64,000 bases of DNA from Bacteroidales bacterium (lineage in GTDB: Bacteria; Bacteroidota; Bacteroidia; Bacteroidales; GWA2-32-17), in assembly GCA_013314715.1 (NCBI GenBank), contig JABUFC010000012.1, forward strand, positions 169-64,168, read 5' to 3'. Numbering within the stretch: position 1 is the first letter of the stretch; the number at the start of each line of letters is the position of its first letter. A program made the translations under genes and the position numbers. Shown here piece after piece: positions 63,859-64,000 of the stretch. The notes beneath the pieces were generated by a model, which saw only the letters and a program-made list of their open reading frames with translations, was not told where the DNA came from and ran no database searches.

Positions 63859-64000
63859 TAACATCGACAAAGTAAAATGCTTGTCAGGCATTGCATAAAA
63901 GCTCTTTTTAGCTTACAAAACTGTAAGTGAAAGGGCGGAGCTGCATAAAGAGGTAAAAGAACAAAAAAGTTTACAAAAAATTATAAGTCCATTTGATAAT

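Noticed and set aside
1-64000. Scan for CRISPR arrays, tRNA/rRNA genes, transposases, integrases, toxin-antitoxin pairs and known defence-system signatures
   Set aside because: No spaced direct-repeat arrays, no tRNA-like T-arm/anticodon architecture in any intergenic region, and no ORF with recombinase, nuclease-helicase or abortive-infection motifs. The window looks like core chromosome.

Overview
AT-rich (about one-third G+C by eye), densely coding chromosomal segment of a Bacteroidota bacterium. The assignment rests on T9SS type A and type B C-terminal sorting domains, PorP/SprF, GldH, TAnnTTTG promoter boxes and the absence of Shine-Dalgarno sequences. I support about 45 protein-coding genes. 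Most are housekeeping: gltX, hemW, sufBCD, glnA, recN, coaBC, rpoZ, bamD, glmS, cdd, holB, rlmH, trmB and Mrp/NifU Fe-S carriers. Cell-envelope and type IX secretion loci are interleaved with them: (i) an ECF sigma / membrane beta-barrel protein / T9SS cargo operon (5280 down to 2040), divergent from a giant SprB-repeat adhesin - PorP/SprF - OmpA operon (5386-13173); (ii) a second surface-protein locus (32804-41680) with a 1418-aa type B cargo and a 1274-aa type A cargo; (iii) scattered T9SS/gliding genes (DUF5103 plug-like, DUF4835, gldH). I saw no rRNA, tRNA, CRISPR array, transposase, integrase or phage genes, and no recognisable defence system, so this reads as core genome rather than an accessory island. 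Points worth a second look: a ygeW carbamoyltransferase gene split by a 1-nt loss in a homopolymer, next to an intact ygeY; the sigma-linked protein whose predicted topology would span both membranes; a type B T9SS cargo with no adjacent PorP/SprF partner; a translationally coupled radical SAM + glycosyltransferase pair; a secreted alpha/beta-hydrolase-fold protein lacking the Ser and His of the triad; and a promoter-like box followed by a hairpin-rich, ORF-poor stretch at the right edge. All functional calls come from motif recognition by eye and recalled family knowledge. No searches were run.
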